Positions 10,472 through 20,313 of a stretch of 33,249 nt of DNA are shown one piece after another. The stretch's first letter is position 1. The number at the start of each line of letters is the position of its first letter. Both the position numbers and the translations under genes were made by a program. The notes under the pieces are model-generated. The model ran no database searches, was not told the DNA's origin, and was given only the letters and a program-made list of their open reading frames with translations. The DNA is taken from positions 1 through 33,249 of the forward strand of contig CANHBE010000001.1 in the NCBI GenBank assembly GCA_947458575.1, read 5' to 3'. Source of the stretch: Flavobacteriaceae bacterium (GTDB lineage Bacteria; Bacteroidota; Bacteroidia; Flavobacteriales; Flavobacteriaceae).

Positions 10472-12370
10472 TTAATAAGCTCTTGTATCTTTTCCTTCAA
10501 AAAAGTTAATAAAAGCTCTATTAACTACTCTATTTCCTCCAGGAGTTGGGTAGTTTCCCGTAAAATACCAATCCCCTAAATTCTTCGGGCATGCAATGTG
10601 TAGGTTGTCAATTGATTGAAAAATAATCTTAACTTCAGAATTTATGTCAGAACTACTTAACATTTCAGCTATCTTATCCGATATTTCTTGCTCATGAAAA
10701 GGACTGTAAATTTCTGTTACAAAGTTTCTTATCTCAGAATCCTTGAGAAATTCTTGAGCTTTACATTTCTGATACACCTCTTCTACTATATGGTAGAGAT
10801 TTCGTTCTTGCAATAACAAAAGTGCTGCCTTAAATGCAATTAATCCTTCTAATTTTGCCATATCAATGCCGTAGCAATCCGGATAACGGATCTGTGGTGC
10901 AGACGAAACAATAACAATCTTTTTAGGTTTTAGCCGATTAAGCATTTTTAGGATACTCATCTTCAAAGTAGTTCCTCTAACAATGCTATCATCAATCACC
11001 ACTAAATTATCCGTTGGCTGCACAACCCCATAGGTCACATCATAGACATGTGCTACCAAATCGTCTCGGCTTTTGTCCTCTGTTATGAAAGTTCTTAGTT
11101 TAGCATCTTTTATTGCAATTTTCTCGGTTCTAATTTTTACCGACAAAATCTGCTCTAATTTTTCTTTTGTCAGAGTCTTTCTATTTTCAATAATGAATTT
11201 GTTTTTCCTTTGATTTAGGAAATCTTGCGCTGCTTCAACCATTCCAAAGAATGAAGTCTCGGCAGTATTGGGAATATACGAAAAAACAGTGTTGTCGGTG
11301 TCATTTCCAATGGCATTGAGGACAGACGGCAAAACCAATTTCCCCAAAGCTTTTCTTTCCTGATAAATTTCTGCATCGCTCCCGCGAGAAAAATAAATTC
11401 GCTCGAAAGAGCATGCTTTCTTTTCTAATGGACTGATTATTTCTTCCTCCGATACGTAACCATTCTTTTTTACGATCAAAGCATTACCGGGATTTAACTC
11501 CCTCACTTTATCAAAATCCACATTAAAAACAGTTTGTATTGCAGGTCGCTCTGAAGCAACAACCACAATCTCATCGTCTTCATAAAAATAGGCTGGCCGA
11601 ATCCCAGCAGGATCTCTAAAGACAAAAGCGTCGCCATGTCCGAATAGTCCAGCCATTGCATATCCTCCGTCCCAACCGCGTGATGCTTTCTTTAATATCT
11701 TTGAAACATTTAGTTGCTCAGCAATTACGGGCGAAGCCTCTCGTTTGGACAACCCCTTGTTCTTGCAATTCTGATATAGCTCGGTAACTTCGTCATCTAA
11801 AAAATGACCTATTTTCTCCATCACAGTTACGGTGTCGGTCATTTCTTTTGGATGTTGACCAAGTTCAACCAGACTATTAAATAGTTCATTTACATTTGTC
11901 ATATTAAAGTTTCCTGCAACTATTAAGTTACGATGCATCCAATTGTTTTGTCTTAAAAATGGATGGACACTTTCAATGTTGTTTTTTCCGAATGTCCCAT
12001 AACGCACATGCCCCAGAAAAAGCTCGCCTACATAAGGAACATCTCTCTTCAGGAGATTTATATTGTCATTATACTCTGGATGTTGCTCCATTTCTGAATT
12101 TATTCTCTCGTTTATTTGAGAAAAAATGTCTTGAATAGGCTGTGCATCGTTCGAACGTATCCTACTAATGTATCTTTCACCCGGACTAACATCTAATTTA
12201 ATGGACGCGAAACCTGCGCCATCCTGACCTCGATTATGTTGTTTTTCCATAAGTAAGTACATTTTCTGTATGCCATAAAATGCAGTTCCGTACTTTTCCT
12301 TGAAAAATTCAAGTGGTTTTTTGAGTCTTAGCAAAGCAATTCCACATTCGTGTTTTATCGAGTCGCTCAT
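10472..12370 (-). CDS. purF: Amidophosphoribosyltransferase (long Bacteroidota form)
   Basis: Propeptide then catalytic Cys (KHECGI), QHNRGQDGAG, GHVRYGT, PRPP motif VIDDSIVRGTT. Confidence 0.92.
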   Translation of the reverse strand: MSDSIKHECGIALLRLKKPLEFFKEKYGTAFYGIQKMYLLMEKQHNRGQDGAGFASIKLDVSPGERYISRIRSNDAQPIQDIFSQINERINSEMEQHPEYNDNINLLKRDVPYVGELFLGHVRYGTFGKNNIESVHPFLRQNNWMHRNLIVAGNFNMTNVNELFNSLVELGQHPKEMTDTVTVMEKIGHFLDDEVTELYQNCKNKGLSKREASPVIAEQLNVSKILKKASRGWDGGYAMAGLFGHGDAFVFRDPAGIRPAYFYEDDEIVVVASERPAIQTVFNVDFDKVRELNPGNALIVKKNGYVSEEEIISPLEKKACSFERIYFSRGSDAEIYQERKALGKLVLPSVLNAIGNDTDNTVFSYIPNTAETSFFGMVEAAQDFLNQRKNKFIIENRKTLTKEKLEQILSVKIRTEKIAIKDAKLRTFITEDKSRDDLVAHVYDVTYGVVQPTDNLVVIDDSIVRGTTLKMSILKMLNRLKPKKIVIVSSAPQIRYPDCYGIDMAKLEGLIAFKAALLLLQERNLYHIVEEVYQKCKAQEFLKDSEIRNFVTEIYSPFHEQEISDKIAEMLSSSDINSEVKIIFQSIDNLHIACPKNLGDWYFTGNYPTPGGNRVVNRAFINFFEGKDTRAY

Positions 12371-12390
12371 AATTAATTAGGTCTATAAAT

Positions 12391-12417
12391 AAAAATGCCC
12401 CGAAAAATTCGAGGCAT
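12391..12417 (-). terminator. Probable terminator after the PfkB kinase gene
   Basis: Minus strand AUGCCUCGAA-uuu-UUCGGGGCAU followed by a U run. Confidence 0.65.
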
Positions 12418-12425
12418 AAAATAAG

Positions 12426-13349
12426 TTATAATTCGATATCAAAATGCACTAGTGATTTGAATTGCTTCAATCGATCTTGCACTTCGTCCTTTTTGAGTTC
12501 AAGCATCCTTTCAGTTCCAAATTTTTCAACGCAAAAGGATGCCAAATTTGATCCTTGAATAATGGCCTGTTTCATATTGTTGAATGAAACATTCTCGCTT
12601 TGAGTGATGTATCCTGCAAATCCGCCTGCAAAAGTGTCTCCCGCACCAGTAGGGTCAAAAACTTCTTCCAAAGGTAATGCTGGAGCATAGAAAATTTCCT
12701 TTTTATGAAAAAGTAGTGCGCCATGTTCACCTTTCTTAATGACCACATACTTTGGACCCATCGCATGAATCTTGGCTGCTGCTTTTACAAGAGAATATTC
12801 CCCCGATAATTGACGTGCCTCCTCATCATTAATAGTAATAACATCAACGCGTCGTATCACGTTCAGCAAATCTGATAATGCGCAATCCATCCAAAAGTTC
12901 ATTGTGTCAAGTACTACTAATTTCGGCTGTTTTGCCATTTGATCTAAGACACTACTTTGTACCAACGGATGCAAATTCCCCAACATTACTACATCGGCAT
13001 CTCTAAAGTTTTCAGGTACTTTGGGTTGGAAATCTGCCAAAACATTGAGTTGCGTTTCTAAAGTGTCTCTTGAGTTTAGATCGTTGTGATAACGTCCACT
13101 CCAGAAAAAGGTCTTCCCTCCTTTTACAATTTCAAGCCCTGAAATATCAATATTTCTATCAGTTAGTAAATCAAGATATTCTTGTGGAAAATCGTCCCCA
13201 ACTACAGACACAATCGAGGACTTAATATTAAAATTAGAGGCAGATAAACCAATAAATGTTCCTGCTCCACCCAAAATTTTATCGGTCTTCCCGAATGGGG
13301 TTTCAATCGCGTCGAAAGCTACCGTTCCAACAATTAGTAATTTATTCAT
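12426..13349 (-). CDS. PfkB/ribokinase-family carbohydrate or nucleoside kinase
   Basis: GGAG, NDEEA and DPTGAGDTFAGGF signature. Confidence 0.92.
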   Translation of the reverse strand: MNKLLIVGTVAFDAIETPFGKTDKILGGAGTFIGLSASNFNIKSSIVSVVGDDFPQEYLDLLTDRNIDISGLEIVKGGKTFFWSGRYHNDLNSRDTLETQLNVLADFQPKVPENFRDADVVMLGNLHPLVQSSVLDQMAKQPKLVVLDTMNFWMDCALSDLLNVIRRVDVITINDEEARQLSGEYSLVKAAAKIHAMGPKYVVIKKGEHGALLFHKKEIFYAPALPLEEVFDPTGAGDTFAGGFAGYITQSENVSFNNMKQAIIQGSNLASFCVEKFGTERMLELKKDEVQDRLKQFKSLVHFDIEL

Positions 13350-13372
13350 TTGATTGTTTTGAAATTATGGCG

Positions 13373-13404
13373 CAAATGTAGTTGATAAGTTTGAAAGTTA
13401 CAAA
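13373..13404 (-). promoter_or_regulatory. Promoter of the PfkB kinase gene
   Basis: TTTG (13404-13401)-N20-TACATTTG (13380-13373). Confidence 0.78.
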
Positions 13405-13422
13405 AGTGTAAAAATAACAGGA

Positions 13423-13908
13423 CTATAGAAGCTTATTTGACTCCTTCTCATAGAACTCATCCAGAGAAAGTTGATTCTGCAAGGAAGCCATGACGGCTAA
13501 TTCATCACAGCGTTCATTTTGAGCATGATTATTATGACCTCTTATCCACTCGAAATCTATTTGATGCATGCGATATATCTTCAAAAACCGCCTCCAAAGG
13601 TCAGGGTTTTTTTTTCCTGCAAATCCTTTCTTTTCCCACTGGAAAACCCACTTTTTCGTTACGGCATCAACAACATATTTTGAGTCCGAAATAACTAGAA
13701 CTTTTGTATTTTGCTTCTTCAATTTCTCTAAACCAACAATAACTGCAAGTAATTCCATACGGTTATTGGTAGTCAACCTAAATCCCTCATAAAATTCCTT
13801 TCTGTATGGTTTTCCGACCCATTCCATTACTATTCCATAGCCTCCATTGCCAGGGTTTCCCTTAGCGGCTCCGTCAGTGTAAATATGTACTTCATGTTTA
13901 GTATTCAA
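13423..13908 (-). CDS. rnhA: Ribonuclease HI
   Basis: IYTDGA.GNPG, TTNNRMEL, SDSKY, WIRGH, NERCD; TTG start. Confidence 0.95.
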   Translation of the reverse strand: MNTKHEVHIYTDGAAKGNPGNGGYGIVMEWVGKPYRKEFYEGFRLTTNNRMELLAVIVGLEKLKKQNTKVLVISDSKYVVDAVTKKWVFQWEKKGFAGKKNPDLWRRFLKIYRMHQIDFEWIRGHNNHAQNERCDELAVMASLQNQLSLDEFYEKESNKLL

Positions 13909-13912
13909 CTTA

Positions 13913-14479
13913 TTAATGCTTTCTTAGAATTTGTTCAATAATCTTGGGAAGATACTCATGTTCTAGTTTCTGAACTTTAGCAGCAATTTCATCTGCATCC
14001 TTACATTTATCAATGGAAATTGATTTTTGAAAAATCACCTCACCTTTATCGTAATGTTCATTTACATAATGTATTGTGATTCCAGTTTCTTGGTCACCTT
14101 CATCGATTACTGCCTGATGTACAAACTTCCCATACATACCTTTCCCACCATATTTTGGCAACAAAGCAGGGTGAATATTAATAATTTTGCCCGGGAATTT
14201 CTCCACAAATTGATGCGGCATATGAAGTAAAAACCCAGCCAAGACGATAAGGTCAGGAAAATAAGTACGCACTCTTTCCGCTACCAAGCCTTTATTAAGA
14301 TCTTCCTTGGAAAAAACAACTACTGGAACTTGATTTCGAACTGCACGTTCCACCACTGCTGCATTTGGATTATTACAAAACACCGCTGAGACCTCTACAA
14401 TTGGGTTAGAACGAAAATACTCAATTATTCTCTCTACATTAGAGCCAGAACCGGAGGCAAATAGCACAATTCTTTTCAT
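13913..14479 (-). CDS. purN: Phosphoribosylglycinamide formyltransferase
   Basis: FASGSGSN, LAGF, INIHPALLP, TGITIHYV. Confidence 0.95.
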   Translation of the reverse strand: MKRIVLFASGSGSNVERIIEYFRSNPIVEVSAVFCNNPNAAVVERAVRNQVPVVVFSKEDLNKGLVAERVRTYFPDLIVLAGFLLHMPHQFVEKFPGKIINIHPALLPKYGGKGMYGKFVHQAVIDEGDQETGITIHYVNEHYDKGEVIFQKSISIDKCKDADEIAAKVQKLEHEYLPKIIEQILRKH

Positions 14480-14614
14480 TTCTGCGATAATATCAGATTC
14501 AATAAAAGCATGACAAAAAATAATCCGTTGGAAATAGAATCAAATTCTGGGGACAATTTATTAAAATACTAGACACATTTATTAACTAAATCGTGGTTTT
14601 CAAATAAAGTTTTT

Positions 14615-14622
14615 TATTTTTG
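14615..14622 (+). promoter_or_regulatory. -7 promoter element of acpP
   Basis: TATTTTTG about 30 nt before the ATG. Confidence 0.6.
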
Positions 14623-14653
14623 TCAACAAATTAAATTCTAAAATTAAAAAATT

Positions 14654-14890
14654 ATGTCAGACATTGCATCAAGAGTAAAAGCGATTATCGTAGACAAATT
14701 AGGTGTTGACGAAAACGAAGTTGTAACAGAAGCTAGCTTCACAAATGATTTAGGAGCTGATTCGCTAGATACAGTTGAGCTTATCATGGAGTTCGAAAAA
14801 GAATTTGACATTCAAATTCCAGACGACCAAGCAGAAAATATCGCTACTGTTGGTCAAGCTATTTCTTACATAGAAGAAGCTAAAAAATAA
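14654..14890 (+). CDS. acpP: Acyl carrier protein
   Basis: 78 aa, acidic, [12 protein letters not shown] motif. Confidence 0.98.
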   Translation: MSDIASRVKAIIVDKLGVDENEVVTEASFTNDLGADSLDTVELIMEFEKEFDIQIPDDQAENIATVGQAISYIEEAKK

Positions 14891-14898
14891 TAACCATC

Positions 14899-14931
14899 AC
14901 ACCCGCAAATAGTAATTTTGCGGGTGTTTTT
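14899..14931 (+). terminator. Intrinsic terminator after acpP
   Basis: ACACCCGCAAA / TTTGCGGGTGT stem plus T tract. Confidence 0.85.
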
Positions 14932-15062
14932 GTTTTTAAGTTAATACGTCGATTGAAATTCAATCTTTAATAAAAAAATACCCGAGTCTCTTTTGTGCTT
15001 TCAATACATGAAGAAATTGTTGGGTATTCTTTGTTTAAAACAAAATCAGTAAAATCAATATT

Positions 15063-16310
15063 ATGGTGTTAAAACGAGTTGTAGTAACAGGTCTAGGTGC
15101 GCTTACTCCTATTGGAAATAATATCCAAGAATATTGGGATGCTCTGGTCAATGGAAAAAGTGGAGCTGCACCCATCACTTACTATGATACCGAAAAGCAC
15201 AAGACAAAATTTGCCTGCGAAGTAAAGAACTTCAATGTAGAAGACTACATTGATCGCAAAGAAGCTCGTAGAATGGATAAGTTTGCACAATATGCCATTG
15301 CAGCAAGTGAAGAAGCCATTAAAGATGCCGGAATAACGAAAGAAAATGTTGACAAAAACAGAGTGGGTGTAATCTGGGGCGCCGGAATTGGTGGTCTGGA
15401 AACATTCCAGGAGGAAGTAATCAGCTATGCACAAGGAGACGGTACACCGCGATTCAACCCATTCTTTATCCCAAAGATGATTGCGGATATTGCACCGGCA
15501 CATATTTCGATGAGAAATGGATTTATGGGGCCAAATTACACAACTGTTTCTGCATGTGCATCTTCAGCGAATGCCCTTATTGATGCTTTCAATTACATCA
15601 GATTAGGAATGTGTGATGTTATTATCTCAGGAGGCTCAGAGGCAGCCGTTACTATAGCTGGTATGGGCGGGTTCAACTCTATGCAAGCATTATCAACCAG
15701 AAACGACAGCCCTGAAACTGCCTCTAGACCCTTTGATGCAACAAGAGATGGTTTTGTGCTTGGAGAAGGAGCAGGCGCTTTAGTTTTGGAAGAATATGAG
15801 CATGCGAAAGCTCGAGGAGCTAAGATCTACTGTGAGATTGGAGGTGGCGGAATGTCTTCCGACGCATACCACCTAACTGCGCCACATCCCGACGGAATAG
15901 GGGTAATAGCAGTAATGAAAAACACACTTCAAGATGCAAATATGACTGCCGATCAAGTAGATCATATTAACACACACGGAACTTCAACTCCATTGGGTGA
16001 CGTAGCCGAACTTAAGGCAATTTCTGCAGTTTTCGGCGAACATGTTAAGAATATCAATATCAATTCTACAAAATCGATGACCGGTCATTTGTTGGGTGCG
16101 GCTGGTGCTATTGAAGCAATCGCCTCTATTCTCGCGATAAAATACGGTATAGTGCCTCCAACTATCAACCATAGTGTTGTTGATGAGAATATTGATCCAA
16201 GTTTGAATCTCACATTAAATAAAGCGCAGAAAAGAGAGGTAAATGTCGCCATGAGTAACACTTTTGGCTTTGGCGGTCATAACGCCTGCGTACTATTTAA
16301 AAAAATATAA
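15063..16310 (+). CDS. fabF: Beta-ketoacyl-ACP synthase II
   Basis: RVVVTGLG, SACASS, HGTSTPLGD, KSMTGHLLGAAG, SNTFGFGG. Confidence 0.97.
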   Translation: MVLKRVVVTGLGALTPIGNNIQEYWDALVNGKSGAAPITYYDTEKHKTKFACEVKNFNVEDYIDRKEARRMDKFAQYAIAASEEAIKDAGITKENVDKNRVGVIWGAGIGGLETFQEEVISYAQGDGTPRFNPFFIPKMIADIAPAHISMRNGFMGPNYTTVSACASSANALIDAFNYIRLGMCDVIISGGSEAAVTIAGMGGFNSMQALSTRNDSPETASRPFDATRDGFVLGEGAGALVLEEYEHAKARGAKIYCEIGGGGMSSDAYHLTAPHPDGIGVIAVMKNTLQDANMTADQVDHINTHGTSTPLGDVAELKAISAVFGEHVKNININSTKSMTGHLLGAAGAIEAIASILAIKYGIVPPTINHSVVDENIDPSLNLTLNKAQKREVNVAMSNTFGFGGHNACVLFKKI

Positions 16311-16318
16311 CTCTAGTC

Positions 16319-17062
16319 TTGAGAAAATTCATTAAAAGAATATTTAAAAACTCCCGCTCTAGCAATGACGGGATTTTTTTTTCTACTATTGAAGAGATAT
16401 TAGGCTTTCAACCAAAAGATATCGAAATTTATAAAAGGGCTTTCATTCATCGGTCATCGAATAAGACAGACCTGAATGGAAACGCAATCAATTATGAGCG
16501 ACTGGAATTCTTGGGTGATGCCATGCTAAGTGCCGTAATTGCAGCTCACTTATTTAACAAAGTCCCAGCCGCAGATGAAGGCTACCTGACTAAGATGCGG
16601 TCAAAAATAGTAAGTCGAGAACATCTAAACGAATTAGGTCGAGATTTAAGTCTAATTGATTTTATTGAAAGCAAAGTACCAAACACACATTTTGGTGAAA
16701 ATATACATGGAAATGTATTTGAAGCGTTAATCGGAGCAATTTATTTAGACCTTGGTTTTAATTATTGTGAAAACTTCATTCAAAAAAAAGTTATCATTCC
16801 ATACGTTGACATAAGTAAGTTGGAAGGCAAAGTAATCAGCTACAAGAGTCTAGTAATTGAATGGTGTCAAAAAGAAAAGAAAAGTTTTCAATTCGAAATT
16901 TACGAAGACAACAGCATTACCGGAGAACGATTGTTTGGCGTCAAACTTAGCATAGACAATAAAGTAATTGCAAAAGCAAGAGCAACCTCTAAAAAGAAAG
17001 CTGAAGAGAAAGCTTCCCAAAGAACATATTTTGCACTTCAAAATAAAATTGACTCTAAATAA
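16319..17062 (+). CDS. rnc: Ribonuclease III
   Basis: ERLEFLGDA, FEALIGAIYLD and a C-terminal dsRBD; TTG start. Confidence 0.95.
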   Translation: MRKFIKRIFKNSRSSNDGIFFSTIEEILGFQPKDIEIYKRAFIHRSSNKTDLNGNAINYERLEFLGDAMLSAVIAAHLFNKVPAADEGYLTKMRSKIVSREHLNELGRDLSLIDFIESKVPNTHFGENIHGNVFEALIGAIYLDLGFNYCENFIQKKVIIPYVDISKLEGKVISYKSLVIEWCQKEKKSFQFEIYEDNSITGERLFGVKLSIDNKVIAKARATSKKKAEEKASQRTYFALQNKIDSK

Positions 17063-17173
17063 AAATTATTTGGAACTATATCGATTTCGTTGTTAAATTC
17101 GAACGTACAAGGGGTTTCAGGGCAACTTTTTCTTATAATTAATACTATATTTACGACTTATTTAATTTGTGAA

Positions 17174-17662
17174 ATGGCAGTATTAAAATTGCACATCGAA
17201 GAATTTGATGAAGTTGACTACAATTTAATTGCGATATATAGTACATTGGAAGATTATAGGCTTGCTTATTTTATCAACCAAAAATTACCAATAATTCTCA
17301 GTAGAAACAAAGAGGAAGTTGTTGTATCGGTTAAAGAAGGTGAGGCATTTTTCTCCAAATATACCTACGAAAACGAAAACACAACTCATAAGTGGAGTCT
17401 GATTCAAAACAAGAACGAAATAAAAATAACACCAAAAAACAACACTCAAGGCCTGTTTTCAGATAGCACGCTCGAAGTCTCAAAAAAAGTGTACTTAATT
17501 ACCGAACACAAAAAAGTTGATTATTTTTTAAAAATTGAAAACACTACTACAGATCTCTGCTTAGATGACGTTGTAGATAAATTAAAGAAAATAGATAGGA
17601 TTTCAGCGGCTTATCCTCTGTTACCTGAAACAATAAAATCAAAAAACAATTTAATTTTTTAA
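17174..17662 (+). CDS. IPExxxVDY-family protein (unknown function)
   Basis: LEDYRLAYFIN and LITEHKKVDY motifs; ATG at 17174 preferred; sits between rnc and pyk. Confidence 0.82.
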   Translation: MAVLKLHIEEFDEVDYNLIAIYSTLEDYRLAYFINQKLPIILSRNKEEVVVSVKEGEAFFSKYTYENENTTHKWSLIQNKNEIKITPKNNTQGLFSDSTLEVSKKVYLITEHKKVDYFLKIENTTTDLCLDDVVDKLKKIDRISAAYPLLPETIKSKNNLIF

Positions 17663-17667
17663 TAGAA

Positions 17668-19101
17668 ATGCCAACAAACAAAAAAACGAAAATTGTAGCC
17701 ACATTAGGACCTGCATGCGGCACTAAAGAAGTGATGAAAAGCATGATTGATGCAGGAGTAAACGTGTTTAGAGTCAATTTTTCTCATGCTGACTATAACG
17801 ACGTAAAAGAAAAGATAAACTTAATTCGTGGGCTTAATGAAGAATTTGGCTACACTACCGCAATCTTAGCAGATTTACAAGGACCTAAATTGAGAGTTGG
17901 TGTGATGAAAGAAGATGTCGTTGTAAACGACGGGGACTTAATTACTTTTCAAACAGCAGAAGATATCCCGGGTACTGCTCAAAGAGTGTATATGAATTAC
18001 AAGGAGTTTCCAAAAGACGTCAATCCGGGTGAGAGAATTCTATTAGATGATGGAAAGTTGATTTTTGAAGCTGTCGAAACTGATCGAAAAACTGAAGTAG
18101 TATGTAAGGTTATTCAAGGTGGACCGCTTAAATCGAAAAAAGGTGTAAATCTTCCCAATACCAAAGTGTCATTACCTGCTTTAACCAAAAAAGATATTAA
18201 AGATGCCATTTTTGCAATCGAACAAAAAGTTGATTGGATAGCTCTTTCTTTTGTCCGAACAGCTGAAGACCTAATGGAGTTGCAAGAACTGATTTCCAAG
18301 CACTCAGACCATAAGATTCCCATTGTTGCGAAAATAGAAAAACCGGAAGGTGTGGCTAATATTGATAAAATTGTTGCCTATTGCGACGGACTTATGGTTG
18401 CTCGAGGTGATCTTGGCGTGGAGGTTCCGGCACATGAAGTTCCGCTTATTCAGAAAAAATTGGTCAACAGAGCCAAAACTGCAAGAATTCCTGTAATTAT
18501 AGCAACACAAATGATGGAAACAATGATAACCAGCTTAACACCAACTAGAGCTGAAGTCAATGATGTTGCAAACTCCGTAATGGATGGCGCCGATGCTGTG
18601 ATGCTCTCCGGAGAAACCTCAGTTGGAAATTATCCGATTCAGGTTATTGAAAAAATGACGCAAATTATCTCAGCAGTTGAAGATTCACCATTAATTCAAG
18701 TGCCGCAAAATACGCCTCAAGTCAGAACAAAAAGATTTATTACAAAATCTATTTGTCACCATGCTGCCACGATGGCAAACGTAATTAAAGCCAAAGCGAT
18801 CTGCACACTTACCAATAGTGGATATACTGCTTTCCAAATTTCGGCATGGAGACCTTCCGCACATATATTAGTGTTTACATCTAATAAGAGAATCCTTACA
18901 CAGTTAAACCTGCTTTGGGGTGTTCGATCGTTCTATTATGATAAACATGTAAGCACAGACGACACCGTAACTGATATTAACCAAATGGCTCGTGATCGTG
19001 GTTATGTAGACAAAGGGGATTTTCTGATCAATTTAGCTGCCATGCCTGTTGCTGACCGAGGAATGGTAAATACCCTAAGGGTTTCAGAAATTGAAAATTA
19101 G
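17668..19101 (+). CDS. pyk: Pyruvate kinase
   Basis: KTKIVATLGP, DLQGPK, AKIE, MVARGDLG, DAVMLSGET. Confidence 0.97.
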   Translation: MPTNKKTKIVATLGPACGTKEVMKSMIDAGVNVFRVNFSHADYNDVKEKINLIRGLNEEFGYTTAILADLQGPKLRVGVMKEDVVVNDGDLITFQTAEDIPGTAQRVYMNYKEFPKDVNPGERILLDDGKLIFEAVETDRKTEVVCKVIQGGPLKSKKGVNLPNTKVSLPALTKKDIKDAIFAIEQKVDWIALSFVRTAEDLMELQELISKHSDHKIPIVAKIEKPEGVANIDKIVAYCDGLMVARGDLGVEVPAHEVPLIQKKLVNRAKTARIPVIIATQMMETMITSLTPTRAEVNDVANSVMDGADAVMLSGETSVGNYPIQVIEKMTQIISAVEDSPLIQVPQNTPQVRTKRFITKSICHHAATMANVIKAKAICTLTNSGYTAFQISAWRPSAHILVFTSNKRILTQLNLLWGVRSFYYDKHVSTDDTVTDINQMARDRGYVDKGDFLINLAAMPVADRGMVNTLRVSEIEN

Positions 19102-19148
19102 AATAAAGTTGATTATTGGTCAGTCATTCTATTCTCTTGTCTTCATCA

Positions 19149-20231
19149 TTAGAAATCAAACTTTAGTTGAACGACCATCGACTTCTTAATTCCTGAATTT
19201 AAGTTACTGAGTGATATCCCTAATAATCTAACGGATTCTTTCATTCGCTCTTGGAATAATAGCTCTGTAGTTGTTTCCATAAGCAATGTCTTGTCTGAAA
19301 TAAAGTACGGTAAGGTTTTGCTTCTAGTCTGTATTGTGAAATCGCTGTACCTAATTTTTAGGGTTATCGTTTTTCCCGATACATTTTGTTTACGCAAACG
19401 CCTTTCCAATTCCTCTGCAATAGTTTCCAATTTGCTCAGCACAAATACTTCCGAAGATAAATTTTCATTAAAAGTACGCTCTGCTGCTACTGATTTGGCA
19501 ATTCGCTCCGGTACCACTTCACTATGATGAACTCCTCTAACTACATCAAAATAGTAGCCTCCCGAATTACCAAAGTGTTTCTGTAGAAAATCTATCGACT
19601 TACCCTTAAGATCAAGTCCGGTAAATATGCCCAATTGGTACATCTTTTCGGTGGTTACTTTCCCCACACCATAAAACTTCTTGATAGGTAACTTTTCAAG
19701 GAAAGTCTCTACTTCATTCGCATTAACCGTTTTTTGTCCGTTTGGCTTATTATAATCTGACGCCACTTTTGCAACGAATTTATTGATTGAAATACCCGCT
19801 GACGCTGTTAATCCTACCTCCTCAAATATACGCTGTCGAATTTCATTTGCAATCAAGGTGGCGCTTGGATTTCCTTTCTTATTTTGCGTGACATCCAAGT
19901 ACGCTTCATCCAAAGAGAGAGGTTCCACCAAGTCGGTATAATCATAGAATATTTTTCTGATTCGAGTAGATATCTCTTTGTAACGATCAAATCTGGGTTT
20001 CACGAATATCAATTCTGGACAGTTCTTTTTAGCTAAATAGCCGCTCATGGCACTGCGAACGCCGAATTTTCTGGCTTCGTAACTTGCCGCTGCAACAACA
20101 CCTCGATCTTCTCCGCCACCGACTGCAATGGGTTTCCCTCTCAGCTGCGGATTGTCTAGTTGCTCAACGGAAGCATAAAAGGCATCCATGTCAACGTGAA
20201 TAATTTTTCGAATTTGATCAGATTCAATCAT
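19149..20231 (-). CDS. dinB: DNA polymerase IV
   Basis: HVDMDAFYASVE, ASYEARKFGV, SLDEAYLD. Confidence 0.96.
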   Translation of the reverse strand: MIESDQIRKIIHVDMDAFYASVEQLDNPQLRGKPIAVGGGEDRGVVAAASYEARKFGVRSAMSGYLAKKNCPELIFVKPRFDRYKEISTRIRKIFYDYTDLVEPLSLDEAYLDVTQNKKGNPSATLIANEIRQRIFEEVGLTASAGISINKFVAKVASDYNKPNGQKTVNANEVETFLEKLPIKKFYGVGKVTTEKMYQLGIFTGLDLKGKSIDFLQKHFGNSGGYYFDVVRGVHHSEVVPERIAKSVAAERTFNENLSSEVFVLSKLETIAEELERRLRKQNVSGKTITLKIRYSDFTIQTRSKTLPYFISDKTLLMETTTELLFQERMKESVRLLGISLSNLNSGIKKSMVVQLKFDF

Positions 20232-20235
20232 ACAA

Positions 20236-20295
20236 CAAATTTAGCAAGACTTCCAGCATATATGATTTGATTCTACTTCAAAACCTTTATCTTTG
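20236..20295. promoter_or_regulatory. Divergent promoters for dinB and the CYTH gene
   Basis: TAAATTTG on minus (20243-20236); TTTG-N18-TATCTTTG on plus (20266-20295). Confidence 0.55.
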
Positions 20296-20313
20296 ATAAA
20301 AAACAGATTCAAA

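Noticed and set aside
20244-20254. GCA-N5-TCC as a possible SOS-type operator upstream of dinB
   Set aside because: Short and imperfect; cannot be told from chance without a genome-wide scan.
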